From the human T2T-CHM13v2.0 reference genome, Homo sapiens, in assembly GCF_009914755.1 (NCBI RefSeq), contig NC_060946.1: 64,000 nt of DNA; one strand, written 5' to 3'. The stretch's first letter is position 1. Every line of letters starts with the position of its first letter. This document shows positions 1-16,829 of this stretch, piece after piece. The notes under the pieces are model-generated. The model was not told where the DNA came from. It searched no databases and saw nothing but the letters and a program-made list of their open reading frames with translations. Position numbers and translations under genes: made by a program.

Positions 1-144
1 CTGCTCTTGAGGCTATGGGAGAGTGGCAGGTGGGGATGGACTAGGCAACCAGGCAGTCCCCCCACTGACCACAGACAGTGACCTGTCGGGAACAGCCCAG
101 GCCTACAGTCTGGCAAAGCCAGATTCAAACTGTGTCTTTCGTAT

Positions 145-432
<288 letters not shown>

Positions 433-1814
433 CAAACTGTCACTTTCTAAGTGGGTGGCCATGGGCAATGCTCAGAGGCTCAGTTTCCCCTTTGGTGAAA
501 ATGGGACGTGGTTGTTGTGAGGATTAAATGCACACACAGTAAGGCTCTTTCTTCATGAACTATTATTTGAAATCTCACTGTGTGCCCAGCATCCCACACC
601 TGTTTTATTGACATCTCACTTATTTTTCAGATAGGTGAAGTAACTCTTCCATGGCCACACACCACTAAGCGGGGAACCAGGTCCTCAAACTGAGATGCTC
701 TGACTCTTGAGCCCACATGTTTTTTTCCCTGTGCCCCTTCTGATGTCGATTCTTTTAGGGTAGGGAGAAATTCTCCTACAAAGGGACGGCTATTAGGCTG
801 TACAGGGCACCGGGGATAGAGAGGGACAGGCCCACAGTAGTGAAAGGGGAGGTCCTGGGTGTGCAGGCTGGGGGCCGGCCATGAGGGAGGGCTCCCCGTG
901 TTTTCTCAGTTAGAAGGGAAGTTCAGAGACTGAGAAGGACCCCCGCCCCCACCAACCCTCTAGGTCTCTCCCCAGTTATCTGAACAGAGCCCACTAGGCA
1001 GACAGGCCTTTTGGGGGACTGACAGCAGTGAGCACACCCTCAGGACCCCCACCAGCCATGGCAGGGAACAACCTTGTGGGGTCCAAGCTCAGCGTGGCCT
1101 ATTAGGCCCAAGGTGGGACAGGGGTGGAGGGCAGACAGGGGAGGCCTGCTAGGGTAAGCTCCCGGCAGCAGTTCAGGCCTCTGGGCCTGGGTGCCTGTGG
1201 CCAGCTCTGGACTGAGCCTGTGTGTGAGGCTCCATGGATGGAGTCACTCCAGGATGGAGTGTCTGAGAGGGACCCATGGCAGAGGGAGCTATTGGGCAGC
1301 CACGGAAGCCTCAGTTTTAGGCAGCCTGGCAGTGGCAAAGAATTCCCAACAAGGTACAGGAAAATCAGGGTAGAGTGTGGCCTTAGGCAAGCCACTTCTC
1401 CGAACCTGTTTCCTTCCCTCTAAAATGAGAATCGCGATCCAGAATCTGCCTCCCCCGCAACCTGTTGGGAAGTCTCAGCTGAAGATGCCTACTGAGGTCA
1501 CCTTGGCTGTTGGGTGGAGGGGTGGGGTGTCCAGGCCGTGTAACAGACCAGGGATTGAGGGATGTATGAATGGCAGGAGGCAGGACCGTCCTGTGGGAAA
1601 TGCCAAACGGGTCACTCAGAGGGTGCAGCTTGGCTTGGGGAGCATCTGCTACCACGGGCCAGGCTGACTTCCAGGGTAGGGCCCTCATGCGGACCAGGTG
1701 AGGGCCTCACCAGGTGGGATTTCAGCACCAGCCTCTTGGTGAGAGTGCAGGTGTCAACCTGAGAAGGGACCTTGGAGCAGCAGTGAGGAGGGGCAGTGGC
1801 TGGGCTACCCTTAC

Positions 1815-1930
1815 CAGCTCTGGGTCTTCCTCTGGCGCAGGCTGGACCCTTGCTGCTGCTTCGAGTGAGGGGTGAGGTGGTAGATGAGCTGTCGGCAGAT
1901 CTTGTCCGAGGACTTCCAGAGCTCATAGTC
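1815..1930 (-). CDS. LRRC75B: LRRC75B coding exon 3 (DYELWKSSDK...RQRKTQS); next coding exon lies left of the window
   Basis: Translation matches recalled LRRC75B. On the minus strand the AG acceptor is at 1932-1931 and the donor GTAAGG at 1814. 116 nt, in phase with exon 2. Confidence 0.93.
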
Positions 1931-3421
1931 CTGTGGGAGGGCAGTGTCACCATGGTGAATCTGAGCCCCTCCTGCCCACCTCAGGGCCTTGGGGAGAGGG
2001 ACCCAGGCAGCCAAGTGTGTGTGTGAGCACAGTCATGCACCATGCATCACCGAGTTGCCCACCAGGGCCTCCCCCTCCTACCCCCCAACCCGGCTGTGGC
2101 CTGGCACAGAGCCAGGGGAGGCTGCCCTCTGGGAGCTGGACAGGCTGGTCCAGTCCCGCAGTGCCCGGCGGGAGGAAGCCCAGACAATGAGCCCTTGTTC
2201 CCTGTCCTCGGGCCCAGGGCCAGCGTCTCGGGCTATCAGCCGGCTGCCTGCCCACCCTCAGCACCCTTCGGGGACTTGCCACAGGGGGAGGAGGCCAGAC
2301 CAGGCCCCTCGAGGGAGCCGTGCTCCACTGACGCCAATCCCAGGGAGTAGGAACAAGCCAGGTCAGCGTGTTCTTCTTCCTCTCACTCTCCAAGCGAGAC
2401 TGCGCCTGCGGGGTCTGGGTCTGGGCTGACAGGGCTGGGGGATGTAATGTTTTACAGCACCACCACCTGGCTCTCTCTCAGTCCTAACTGGGCTCCGGCA
2501 GAGGCCCAGCTCAGGGTGGAATCCGAGGTGCGCGGCCCACAAAGCTGGCACTGAGCATGCTCCACTGCATCCTTTATCCAGTCCCTCTGTGAGCAGCCCC
2601 AGGAGCAGGCAGCACACACAGCAGCTGCAAGCCCTGGCTGTTCCTGTGATGGCCGTGGGCTAGGCGCAGAGTCCTAGGGGCCGACTGTGCAGAGACCTGG
2701 GCATTCAGAGCTGGCAGGGCCCAGAGCGGATACCCTGGTTTTGGTTGGGGACTCACTGTGACTAGGAGTCTGGGTCCGGTGGCTGGTCACAGCCACACAT
2801 CCTGGGGCTGTGTCGATGCTCATGGCAGGACATCTGCAGGTGCTGTCAGCATGGGGTTCTGGGCAGCTGTGGGGTGGAGGCTGCAGGTGGCAAACTCCAC
2901 CCCAGCAAGGAGGAGGGCCTTGCTTATGACCCCAGCTGTTGTAGGGGAAAGCAGTGAGCACCCGTCCGCAAGGGTGTCTGTACAGGATGGAGACCTGCGG
3001 ACAGACGGGGGCTCTAGCCGAGAGCGGCTCTCTTCTGGCCCAGGAATTCAGAGGCTAGGAGTTTGTTTCCGTTGGTGGATTTCTCAGAACAGTCTGTGAC
3101 CCGCAGGGTCCCCATATGACTTCTGCCCAGCTATAGTCTTCCTGGTCTGGGCCCCCAGGCCTGGTGCACAGTGCTGCCACACAGAAAATGGGTCTGCCCA
3201 GGACTCTGAGGGTCCTGCAAAGCACAGCTCACACTTGCTCTAGCTGGTGGCCAGCCTAATATACTGATGCTGGCAGCAGGTCTCAGACAGGGACAGTGAC
3301 TTGCCTAAGGCCACACAGCAAGCCGCAGAAGGACCTAGCCTCCCAGTCCCCAGCCCTGGGCTCTGTTGGCCCCCCTGTCCACCACAGTGCCCAGCCCAGG
3401 GCCCGTGCCTGCCAGCCTCAC

Positions 3422-3550
3422 CTTCTTGGGGCACTGCAGGTCCCGGGCCAGGTTCACAAGCAGGTCATGGGAGATGGGGTCGACCGGGTTGAGGAAGGCC
3501 ACATCTCTGTAGAGGATATCAGGAAGGAGGGTCCTCTCAAGGCCCAGGTC
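3422..3550 (-). CDS. LRRC75B: LRRC75B coding exon 2 (DLGLERTLLPDILYRDVAFLNPVDPISHDLLVNLARDLQCPKK)
   Basis: 129 nt, phase 0/0. Acceptor CAG at 3553-3551, donor GTGAGG at 3421. Lies within ORF 3335..3610. Confidence 0.93.
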
Positions 3551-3742
3551 CTGTGAGTGGTGAAGAGAGAGTTGAGTGAGCCCGTTGGGTCTCCCATCTC
3601 GAGGCACCACCCCAGCCAGCCAGATGCTGCTTATGCCCGTTCCTGTCTCTCCATCTCCTCCCTAAGGCTGGCTGGATTCTCCCCACAGGCGGCCATGGGC
3701 CAACAGTCCAGTGGCGGGTGGCCCCCTTCTTTTTTTGCTTAT

Positions 3743-4012
3743 TTATTTTTTGAGACAGGGTCTCGCCCTGTCACCCAGGCTGGAGTGCAGTGGCGTGATC
3801 TCAGTTCAGTGTAACATCTGCCTCCTCAAGGAATCCTCCCACTTCAGCCTCCTGAGGAGCTGGGGCTATAGACAGGCACCACTATGCTCAGCTAATTAAA
3901 AAAAAAATGTTTTGTAGAAATGGGGTCTCACTATGTTGCCCAGACTGGTCTCAAACTCCTGGGCTCAAGCGATCCTCCCAAAGTGCTGGGATTACAGGTG
4001 TGAGCCACTCAG
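3743..4012 (-). mobile_element. Alu (older, with internal deletions)
   Basis: Alu consensus segments. Confidence 0.85.
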
Positions 4013-4692
4013 CCTTGGAGGACCCTTTGGATAAGTAGAGGGGAGGGACATGGGAGCCCTCAGGGAAGTGGTAAGTGAATCCCAGAACCCTTAGACCAGT
4101 TCCCTTGAGGTAGTGTTGTGCTGTGACACTGCCTTCTCTGGGGTTAGGACTTGTCAGTGGGATTCTTTGGGGTCTTTCGTCTTATGGTGGGGGGGTTTGC
4201 TCTTCTTATGACCCCTCAAATTCCCCTGTCCCCCAGTGTTCCCTTCAGATCCTCTGCCTTCCCACCTATCCCTTGGTTTTCCTAAGCTGCGGCCAGCATC
4301 TGTTTGCGGACAGGTATGGATCCTTCCCTTGGGGGCGGACCTCTCTCTCAGATGTCTCAAAGGCATGCCACCCTGAAGCCAGCCTCACCACCCATGCCCC
4401 AGCTCAGTATAGGGCACCTCCATGACCATCTTCCCAGGCACTGGGGCCAGAAGCTCTGGAACCCCCCAGCACTCTTCCGTCCTCCTCTCTCCCCCAGCTC
4501 ACCTAGTCATCCCTTCTCTCTCCCCACCACTCCTGCCAAGATTCAGGCCTCCAGCCTCCTCTCCTACCCATCCCTCACCCCACCGCCTGCATAGACCTGC
4601 CCTGGCCTTCCTGCCTCACTCCTCCACTTTCTCCTCCTGTCTACTCCCACAGGACTGGTGTGGGGCTGAATACTCTTTCAGAGGGTCTCTTT

Positions 4693-4979
4693 GTTTTGAG
4701 ACGGAGTTTTGCTCTTGTTGCCCGGGCTGGGGCGCAGTGGTGCGAGGTCAGCTCACCGCAACCTCCGCCTCCCGGGTTCAAGCAATTCTCCTGCCTCAGC
4801 CTCCTGAGTAGCTGGGATTGCAGGCATGTGCCACCACGCCCAGCTAATTTTGTATTTTTAGCAGGGAAGGGGTTTCTCCATGTTGGTCAGGCTGGTCTCG
4901 AATTCCCGACTTCAGGTGATCTGCCTGCCTCAGCCTCCCAAAGTGCTGGGATTATAGGCGTGAGCCACTGCATCTGGCC
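4693..4979 (-). mobile_element. Alu with TSD AGAGGGTCTCTTT
   Basis: TSD at 4680-4692 and 4981-4993. Confidence 0.92.
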
Positions 4980-6219
4980 CAGAGGGTCTCTTTAGAGGAC
5001 ATTTTGAGAGCTGATGGGGCAGCCACAGCCAGGAGGGGCCTCTAGACCCCATGTGGGCCTTCTCCAATCCATAGGTGATATGCTCTGTGCGTGGGTCCCA
5101 AGCACAGGAAGTTGGGCCAGGCAGGGGAGGCCGTGGGTCACAGCTGCAGGGTCCCTGCAGGTTATGGAGCAGGATAGGCCCCGGCTGGACCTCAAATCCC
5201 AACCTCTGAGACACAAAGAGGTGGTCTCTGAGGATCCTTCTTTCCCTCTAGTTTCCCAGCTAAAATGCCCAACTGGTGTCTTGGACTCCAGGCAGCATCC
5301 CAGACTGAGATCTGTGCCTCTGGTTGTCTGGCTGATTCAGTGCTGCTCTGCTGTTTGCCACAGATGCCAGCTAGGGAAGATCCAGGAGGAAGGCTGGCTG
5401 ATGAGCCTGGCAGACCCAGACAGGGCCCCAGACCGCAACCTGCCAGCCTGCCTTCCATGGGTCTAGACAGCTCCTCTTAAACGGACAGCTCCATTTTTCC
5501 AGCCTGCTGAATCCAGAGTTGGAGGAGGTGGAGAAGGGAAGGGAGGAAGAAGGGCTCTGGCCCTGGCTTGCCCCACATTTTCTCTGTGGGCCCTGGGGTG
5601 ACCACTTCGCTCCATGCCTCAGTTTCCCCATTTCTAATCTACCTTCTGCAGGCCGAACACCTGCATGGCTGACTTCCTGCTCACAGGATGGGGCAGGTAG
5701 TGGTGGTAGCTGCTGTAGGGGGTGGGGACGGGGTGGTGAGGGAAGTGGCATGCCCAGGTGATTGGGGGGACCAGCATCCTGGGACAACCCAGGGGTTGGG
5801 ATCTGGGTTTAGTGTACCTGGTGTGTGTAGGAGCAGAGCCACCACCGGACCGAGTGTTGTGATGCACAGATGCTGGGGATGTGTACTCTAAGGGCATGAG
5901 CCGCCTGTTGGAGAACTGGTGATGCATGGATGGCTCTCTGTGGGCTGCCATGGTGTCTTGGGGTGAGGCTGCATCCCTAGACCAGCCCTGGGTCCTCTCT
6001 CCAGGGTCCACTGTCTCCCGGATCCTGGAGGAGGGGGAAGTTACCCTCTTCCATTGTCTCTCAATACAAGATGATTTGACCTCACTTGCCACTCCTCCCG
6101 GGCCCCTCCCATCTTGCCAGGGCCTGAATTTGGGCTCTTAGGTCCAGGCTACCGGGCCACCCTCAACACACACAACCCCTCTCAAACCCCAAAGACCCGG
6201 ACACACTCAGCAGCCCCCT

Positions 6220-6915
6220 CCTCCACACGGTCCGCCGACCTCACCCAGCCCTCACTCCAGGCGGTCGCCCTCTCGCCCACGCAAGACCCCGCGTGCTGCA
6301 GCCTGTCGCGCCCTCGGAACCCGCCTGCGCGCGCCAGAGACCAGCTCCGCCTCGCCTCCCGGCGGATACAGGCCCACAACCCATAGCCCCGCGCCTCCCA
6401 GACCCCCAGACCCCCAGACCCTCCCTGGCCGCCAGCCCAGGGGCGGACGGCTCCTTCTCTCGCCTGGCGCAGGAGGCGCAGCAGCTGCCGGGCGCGCTCC
6501 GGCCGCCGCTCGCGGAGCGTGGACTGGATCTCGCGGAGCCACCGCACCCGGCGCTCGTAGGGCGCGGGCCCGCAGCCGGCCGCCGCCCCGGCCTCAGAGC
6601 CAGCCTCGGGCCCGGCCCGCCGGCCCAGCCGCGCCCCCATGGCCGCCGCGCGATGGTCGCCGAACCCACAGGAGGCCGGGCTGTCTGCGCCCCGCTCCCG
6701 GGGCCGCCCCTAGTCGCCCCGCCTCCAATCACCGCGGCCCTGCCCCGTCCGGGTCCGAAGGCTGAGCGCCCGCCCCACCCCGCGCCGGAGCGAGGCCAGT
6801 GGGTTCCTCGGTTTGGCCTGATCACACTGGAGGAGGCCCTGCTTGCGTCAGTCTTGGCGCTAGAACCCGAGGGCCTGGAGCCGCCAGGGGAGACGCGGAG
6901 CTCGGCCGAGACGAG
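6220..6915. promoter_or_regulatory. CpG island / LRRC75B promoter
   Basis: Very GC- and CpG-rich stretch over exon 1. GC boxes and a CCAAT (6725-6729) lie just upstream of the ATG. Confidence 0.85.
6464..6640 (-). CDS. LRRC75B: LRRC75B coding exon 1 (MGARLGRRAG...QLLRLLRQ)
   Basis: ATG at 6640 in gccATGg context. 59 codons. Joins exon 2 in frame through a non-canonical GC donor (CAG|GCGAGA). Confidence 0.92.
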
Positions 6916-7066
6916 GTGGCTTTTGGCACCTCTTTACCCTCTGGCCCCAGTGCTGACTGGGGAATAGTCGCTTTGACCGTGCAAAGAGCATTCTAGGCGG
7001 GGTGGGGGGGTTCTGCTGTGTGTGCCAGTGTTAGGTATTGCCCCCATTGCTTTTAGAAATATGCCC

Positions 7067-7449
<383 letters not shown>

Positions 7450-7984
7450 TCACGCTACATGGACACTCCTGCACTGGCAAATATTTACTGCCTCCTGCTT
7501 CTTGGTTTGGGGCAGGCCCCCACCTCTGACCCCAGCCTGGGAAATAAACCGGACGAAGAGTCAGGTTAACCGTTAAGCCCAGCTCTGGGCAAGCTGGCAG
7601 CAGGCGGGCTGTATCTGCCGCTGGCTTCAGTCTGCCTCCCTGACAAGGGGTGGGGGTGGCGGCAGGCAGAGTGAGATGGGGGCCCTGGCTCCTCTGAGGA
7701 CCAGGGTGAGGTACGGACCCACCCAGCTCAAGGTGTATCCCACTTCCCAGGGCTCCCTCAGCAGAAGCCTAGGTCTCTGCTGCAGGCCTGCTGGGCCCCT
7801 GCAGCCCCAATCCCGGCTCTGGGACGCTCACATCTCCTGCGTGGGGAACGTTTGAGGCACTGATCTGCAGTTCCCACTTCTCTAAGCAAGGAGCACGTGT
7901 TTAGCCTGTGAGGACTGGTACCTGTTGTGCAGGAAGGGCTGAGCACTGTCCGAGGGCATATATGAGGGACGACAGCCAAGCTCC

Positions 7985-7987
7985 CGT

Positions 7988-8024
<37 letters not shown>
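7985..8024. repeat. (TG)n microsatellite
   Basis: Direct observation. Confidence 0.95.
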
Positions 8025-8026
<2 letters not shown>

Positions 8027-9819
8027 TGCTAATTACCCTATGAAGATTCAAGGTTCCTTCCTTTGGGTTAAGCACTGCCTGCCCAGAGATGGCAGTGGGG
8101 AGAGGGCAGGGTGCTAGGCTCTGTCATCCTGTGGGGCTGGGCCCCTGAGACAAGGCAGAGGACAGCAGGATGTCTTAGCCCCTTGACCATCCACGGACCC
8201 CCAACCCCTGCTGGAGCAGTGCTTGCACCCCCTTCTCCCCTGGCACCTGCCAGCTGGACCCAACAGCCTCTCCTCCCACTCCAGTGCAGCCAGCATTGTC
8301 CTGGGGCCACCTTGGCACCACAGGTTTCCTCCCTGGCAAACCTGCATGACGGCCTTGCGTGCCCTCCCCCAGGGCCAAGGCGCTGTTGCTGAACTGAAGT
8401 GGCAACCTACCCGGTCAGAGCTTTAAGCTGCAGCTCTGATGCCCCAGGGACCTCTCAGACCCCCCTGCCCAGAGCAGGCAGCCCGGTAAGCCCTCCTCCT
8501 CTTCCCCTGCAGCCTCAGGGCTGGAGCCACAGCTGGGAGGGCTCCCAGATCCTGACCATATCCTCCCAGAGGCTGAGCCAGGCCTGGGCACTGTCCCCTC
8601 AAATGTGAGAATACTGGGCAGGGGGAGGGGAGAAAGGAGGGAATGGAGGGCTGAGCCTGGAGGCATGAAAGGGGCAACCTAGGCAGCGGTATGGGGGAGT
8701 GCTCAGAGCTTAGAGTCCTGTGGAAGGCAGAGAACTGCCCCAGCCCCTGCCTCTCATCCCCCACCCTCTGTGTCCCTGGCCGAGAGGTTCCTGGAGGACA
8801 TTTTTCCAGCAAAAGAGGGAGGGTGGTGTCTGGGCCTAGATCCTTGGATGGGCTTTTCTCTGCCTGCTTGTGGGGTGCCTAGGGCGAGTGGGCTTTTGGA
8901 GACAATTTCTGGCCTAACCTGACTTGGACAGCAGCCCCCAGAGGCACAGCTCTCCCCTCAGGCATGGGGGCATGATTCCACCTCGCTAGCCCACATGTGT
9001 TCTTCACGGAGGGCTGCTGGCCCGTCTCCCTGGGGTTACCCTGAGCAGCAGAGCTGTGTTTGTTGAGACTCCATGGGGTGGAGGGATTGCGATGTTGTCC
9101 TCTCAGTTCCCGGGGCTGATGTGGAAGCTCAAGGGCTTGCCCTGGATTCTTCAGGGTAGCCCTGCCATCCCTAGTGAGTCAGTGAGTTGGGAGGTTGGGG
9201 GCTGGAGAATCAGGTAGGGAGGACACAGCTAGACCTCAGGCCCTGATGGGAACGTACTAGGCTCCAAGTGGGACCTGCCAGGAGACAAGAATTGATGACA
9301 GCCACACCTTTGGAGTCTCAAGCCCTCTGCCACCCATGCGGTGGCCTAGTTCAAATGACAGGAACACAAGGTCCAGCTGGCCCAATGGGCAGGTAGAGGG
9401 CTGCAGCCAGGGCTGGAACTGGCCTTGCACTGCCTCTGGGCCCTTCTCTACCCACCCAGTAGTATTGTTCAAGCCCAGGAGGGAAAAAGGCCAGCTCAGG
9501 GTTAATGTTACCTCAGCAAGTAGCTGAGTGGCACTGAGCCTCCTGGTAGCCACTGTAAAGAAGGACACAGAATGGTTTGGGGGCATTCGCTAGGAGGAAG
9601 GAAGCAGATGGATACTCTATGGAGACAGAATGTCCTCTGTGTTTGCTCTACAGGAACGGGTTGTCAACCTTCTGCAGGGCCAGGAATTGTCATGAGGCTG
9701 TAGTAGGCAGCAGAGCTTGGCGGGGTGAGGCGAGATCACAGGTATAGGCTCAGGGCCTGGATTCAAATCCCCTGGGCTGCCACTTGTTGGATGTGTAACC
9801 ATAGGCAGAGTAAGGACCT

Positions 9820-10955
<1,136 letters not shown>

Positions 10956-10989
10956 GTGTGAGGAAAAACCAACTCAAACTGTGTTTTTT

Positions 10990-12645
<1,656 letters not shown>

Positions 12646-15600
12646 TTAGAGATGCCAGCTGTCAGGTGGCTAGGTGGATTCAGTGTAAAGTCCTAGAAGA
12701 TGCATTTTAGTAAAAACAGCTAGCCACCTGACAGCTGGCATCCATCCATTCAGTGAAGATTGTTGGGCACTGTGGATACTGTGGAGGAGGCAGCAGTCGC
12801 AGCCGGCCTGCAGAGTGAGATGCAGTGCCAGAGGGCTTCAGGAGGAGGTGGCATTGTGATTGATGTCTGAAGAGTGTCTCCATGATAATGGAGTCAGTGC
12901 AAAGTCCCAAAGACTGGGAAGGAGCAAGAGGAAAGGATAGCTCATATCCAGCTGCCCCACTCCAAAAAAAAAAAAAAAAAGAGGAAAGGACGGGCACCAG
13001 CAAGGTAGGACAAGGGGGGCCTCTGGAGTGTTTTCTTCTCAGTTGGGGAGGGGTGTGCTCAGATTTGCATGCCAAGTGCCTGGGCTGCAGTAGGGAAACA
13101 GCAGAGGGGCTGGGACCTGTGATTGGGAGTCTCCAGGTGAGAGGGTTGGCCTATGGGGACTGGAGGTCAGGTGAGGCTGGTAGTGGGTTATAGAGGTGGG
13201 AGCAGCTGGACAGGCCCAGTGAGGATGCAGGGGTAGCTGCCCAGGGCTAGACTCTGGCTGCTCTGGTGGCAGTTGCTTAGCTCAGGCTTGGGCACGTCCA
13301 CCTGGCGCATCTGAAACATTAGCCAGCAGGGCGCAGACTCGTCAGTGAGAGCATTCCTGAGCCCAGCATCCAAGAAGCGAGGGAGGTCGGGAAGGTGCTG
13401 CTATGAGGCAGGGGGAGGTCCCCAAAAGTCCAGGTGAGAGCATGGCATGCGTGGAAAGTGCTGCGCAGTTTTGGCATCAGTGAAGTCACAGGGGGCTGTG
13501 GGTGAACAGGTGTGCTTGGGCATGTCACCAGGGAGGCCTTGAGACAGGAGCGGGTTGGCTTTCCTGGAGATCAGGCTGTGGCATGGTGTCGGGACTGGGG
13601 CATGGACAGTCTTCCTCCACCCCCATCCCCTCCTTGGAGCTTTCAGACACTGCAGATAATTACCAGGTGATGTGATAAATACTACCTGTGGAGGGTGCCT
13701 TGGGCAGGGAGGACAGGGCGGCCAGGAGGGGGGCCCTTTGGGCCCCTGCTCTGAGCTGCTCATCAGGAAAGGGGAGAAGCTCCTACAGGCCTGGTGTTGG
13801 AGCCTAGCCAGACCCTGTGAGGCCTTGAAAGTAGGAGGTGCATTGTCTGTGCATTGTCATCTCAAGGAATCCACCCAGCAACTGTTCTAGTTATCCCTGC
13901 TCTCTAGGTAGGAGACTGAGGCTAGGAAGGGAAAGGCTGCTGTGATACCCACACTATCAGTGGCTGGGGTTGAGTTTAAACCCAGGGACTCTAGGGCCCA
14001 TGCCTCTGCCATCCTGCCTCTGAGTTTTGGAGCTGGACTTGTTCCATCAAGTGCCAGGCCAGCCCTGCTGCTGGGTGCTCCCAGGCATTCACAAGCTGAC
14101 AATTCTGAAGGGCCCACGCACTTGGCCATGCTTCAGTCTGTGTCCTGACATCACAGGTGGGTGCTGGAATAACAAATGCTACAAATGGCACTGGGGGTGT
14201 TGGCCAGGCTCTGGGGGCACAGGAGTTCTGCCCATGCCCACAGCTGGCCTGTGCTGACCTCTCTCCATCACAGCTGAGTAGCACCAGCACTTCCATTGAG
14301 CTGAAGTCTTCCTCCCATTCCTTCAGTGTGGTCTTTGTGGCTCAGAGAGGCTGTGGCCAGGTACAGGATCTGGAGTGGCCCCTGCTTCTCTGCTCTGTGA
14401 CCTTAGACAGTGGGCAGGATCTGAGGCCAGGCCCACCTGCAGCAGGTGTTACAAAGAGGCAAATTGGCGCTTAATGTTGGTAAGAACTTGCCAGCCAACC
14501 AGAGTCCCACTATCTTTGGAGGTAGTGAGCTCCCCATTGGGGAAGGTATGTAAGCCAACCTTTCTGGGATGCTGGAAGATCAGAGAGCAAACACTTGAGA
14601 TTCTGTGATCCTAATATTGACTCCAATGCTATGATGTTTGGATTTGAAGTCAGTTCTATTTAGCCAGTTTACCAAGTGTCTCCTTGGTGCAGGACACCAG
14701 GAGACACAAAATGTCCTGGATAATATTGGGTTTCTGGCTCCCAGGGGTCCCTGAGATGTTGTTCCAGCGGTTCTGGAGTATGGGCCAGGCACCGCTTGCA
14801 TCTGGACCGATCCGCATTGTTCGATCATTGTGAGCCTCATGATGGCAGTTCGGGATGTCATGCCCCCATGCGCCCCCCAACCCCACCCCGCCATGGCCCT
14901 CACCATGGCCCACTCAGGGCATGAGGCTTTCTGGGTGATTGCTGGTATTCAGTGTTGTCAGCTTCTTGGACCTGTCAGTGGGGGTGGGGCTGCAATGAGA
15001 TGCCAGTTGCAGGAAGTGGTTTGCACAGCCTTCCTGGTGTCATGGGTCACTCTCTTGCCGAGTGGCTTTGGGCAGGTCCCTTCCCCTCTCAGGCTGCAGG
15101 TTCCTATGCCAGGAGCTCCCTTCTTGCCCCACCAGGGCCTTGTTTTCCCAGATACAGAGGTGGGGCAGATCCCAGCCCGTTGAAACAGACTGGGCTTTGG
15201 AGGCCACAGTGGGCCCATTTCTCAGAGGGACTGTGTGGCTGGATGCTGAGCCAGGCACTGGACTGGCCCTTTGAGCCTCCTGTCTGGCCAAGGCCCCTGA
15301 GGCACTGTGGGCTGCTGGTGCCAGCACACAAGGGTGATAAGGAGATGAAAGTCACTAGGATGGTGGGGCGGCACCCGCCCCGGGCTGTGTTGGCAGCTGC
15401 CCCTGGCTGGAGGCCAGCTTGGCCCTGGAACCCTCCTCAAGGAACAAGGACACAAAAGAGCCAGCTCAGCCAGCCTCTACCTAGCACCCCAATCAGCACT
15501 CCCTTCTTCCCATGACCCCTACCCTCTGCCCAGCTCCTGTAACTGGCCAAGGAGCTAATGGACACCCACCAGGGTCTTAATGAGTGAGCCAGGGTTAATG

Positions 15601-16829
15601 GGTTACTGGGCCCGGTGACACATTCACCAGCCTCCCAGGGCTCTCAAAGTCCACACTGGCCTGGCCTTGAACGTCTTAGCTCGGCCACCTCCTTTTCCAG
15701 CTTTGACACCTCGGGGCTCAGGACGGGCCTAGGGTGGTCAAGAGGTCCCCTGCAGCCCTCACTTCCTGGAAAAGGCTCCATTTCCTGGCCTTCAGGCTCA
15801 GGTGGTTCCTTCCGCCTGGCAGGTCCTCCCCAAATCCAATCCCAGCTCGGGCTGGATTCCCAAGGCCCCTATTCTGGTGTCTGCCCCTTCCCTAGGGCTC
15901 TTCCCCCTGGGGTGACCATACTCTCATGCCCAGCCAGGTCAGGGCTCCTTGAGAGAAGAATCTGGAGGGGCCAGGATTTGATGGGAGAATGAATGATGGA
16001 ATGAAAGAAGGAACGTAAGCGTGAGCCTTGCTAAGAGTGACAATACTGGCAGGCTGCAGACCATGTGTGGACCTCGATCTGAGGGCTTAGAGGCTTCGGC
16101 CTGCCAGCGCTGTGGGGGCACCCACCCCATCTCATTGAATGGGGCAGAGCAGGTGAGGGCATGAGATGGACAGATGGGCCTCATCCCCCTGCTTCCGTTG
16201 CCTGGGGTCCTCGGTCAGCCTGTTTGCTCAGACCCCTGAAATTGGGGGTCAAGGAAGGACCCTCCTGGATTATGTGACTCCCTTCAGTCCAGGTGACCAG
16301 GGTCCTTGGAGTGACAGCTCCTAGAGCCCCACCTGTAGTCCTGCAAGCTGGGGAGAGGGCCTGTTAGGAGAGGCATCCCCTGCCCTGGGGTTGTAGAGGT
16401 GAACTAGGCTCCTCAGACCTTGTGGGGCCTCAGATGCTTACATCTCCAGCCCCTCCTGGCGTGGGCATCTGGCTGCAGCCCAGCTCTGTGGCCCCATCTC
16501 CCAGGGAACCTTTGGTCTAATCTGCCTCCCGCTGAAACCCAGCCTCATTCAGCCCCACCGAGGCTTTCAGAGTTCAGGTCTCTCATTCAGGGTTTGAGAC
16601 CCCACCGGGCTCAGAGACACCTGCAGCCTGCAGCGGTCCCAGATCACAGCCTCAGGGATGGGACCAGGAGCCAGCCCACATCCCACCTGCAGCAGTTCCT
16701 GTGCCTTTAAAGCCTCCCCTCCCCCCGCCCCGCCCCCAGGCCACTAGGGGAGGGAAGGAGGAGCTGGGTCACAGCAGGGAATCTTAGCTTGGTTTTGGTG
16801 TGCTGCTGGATGACCAGACCGGGCGTCGG

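Noticed and set aside
6241-6967. 224-aa plus-strand and 194-aa minus-strand ORFs over the CpG island
   Set aside because: Stop-poor GC-rich DNA shadowing LRRC75B exon 1; no recognisable domain.
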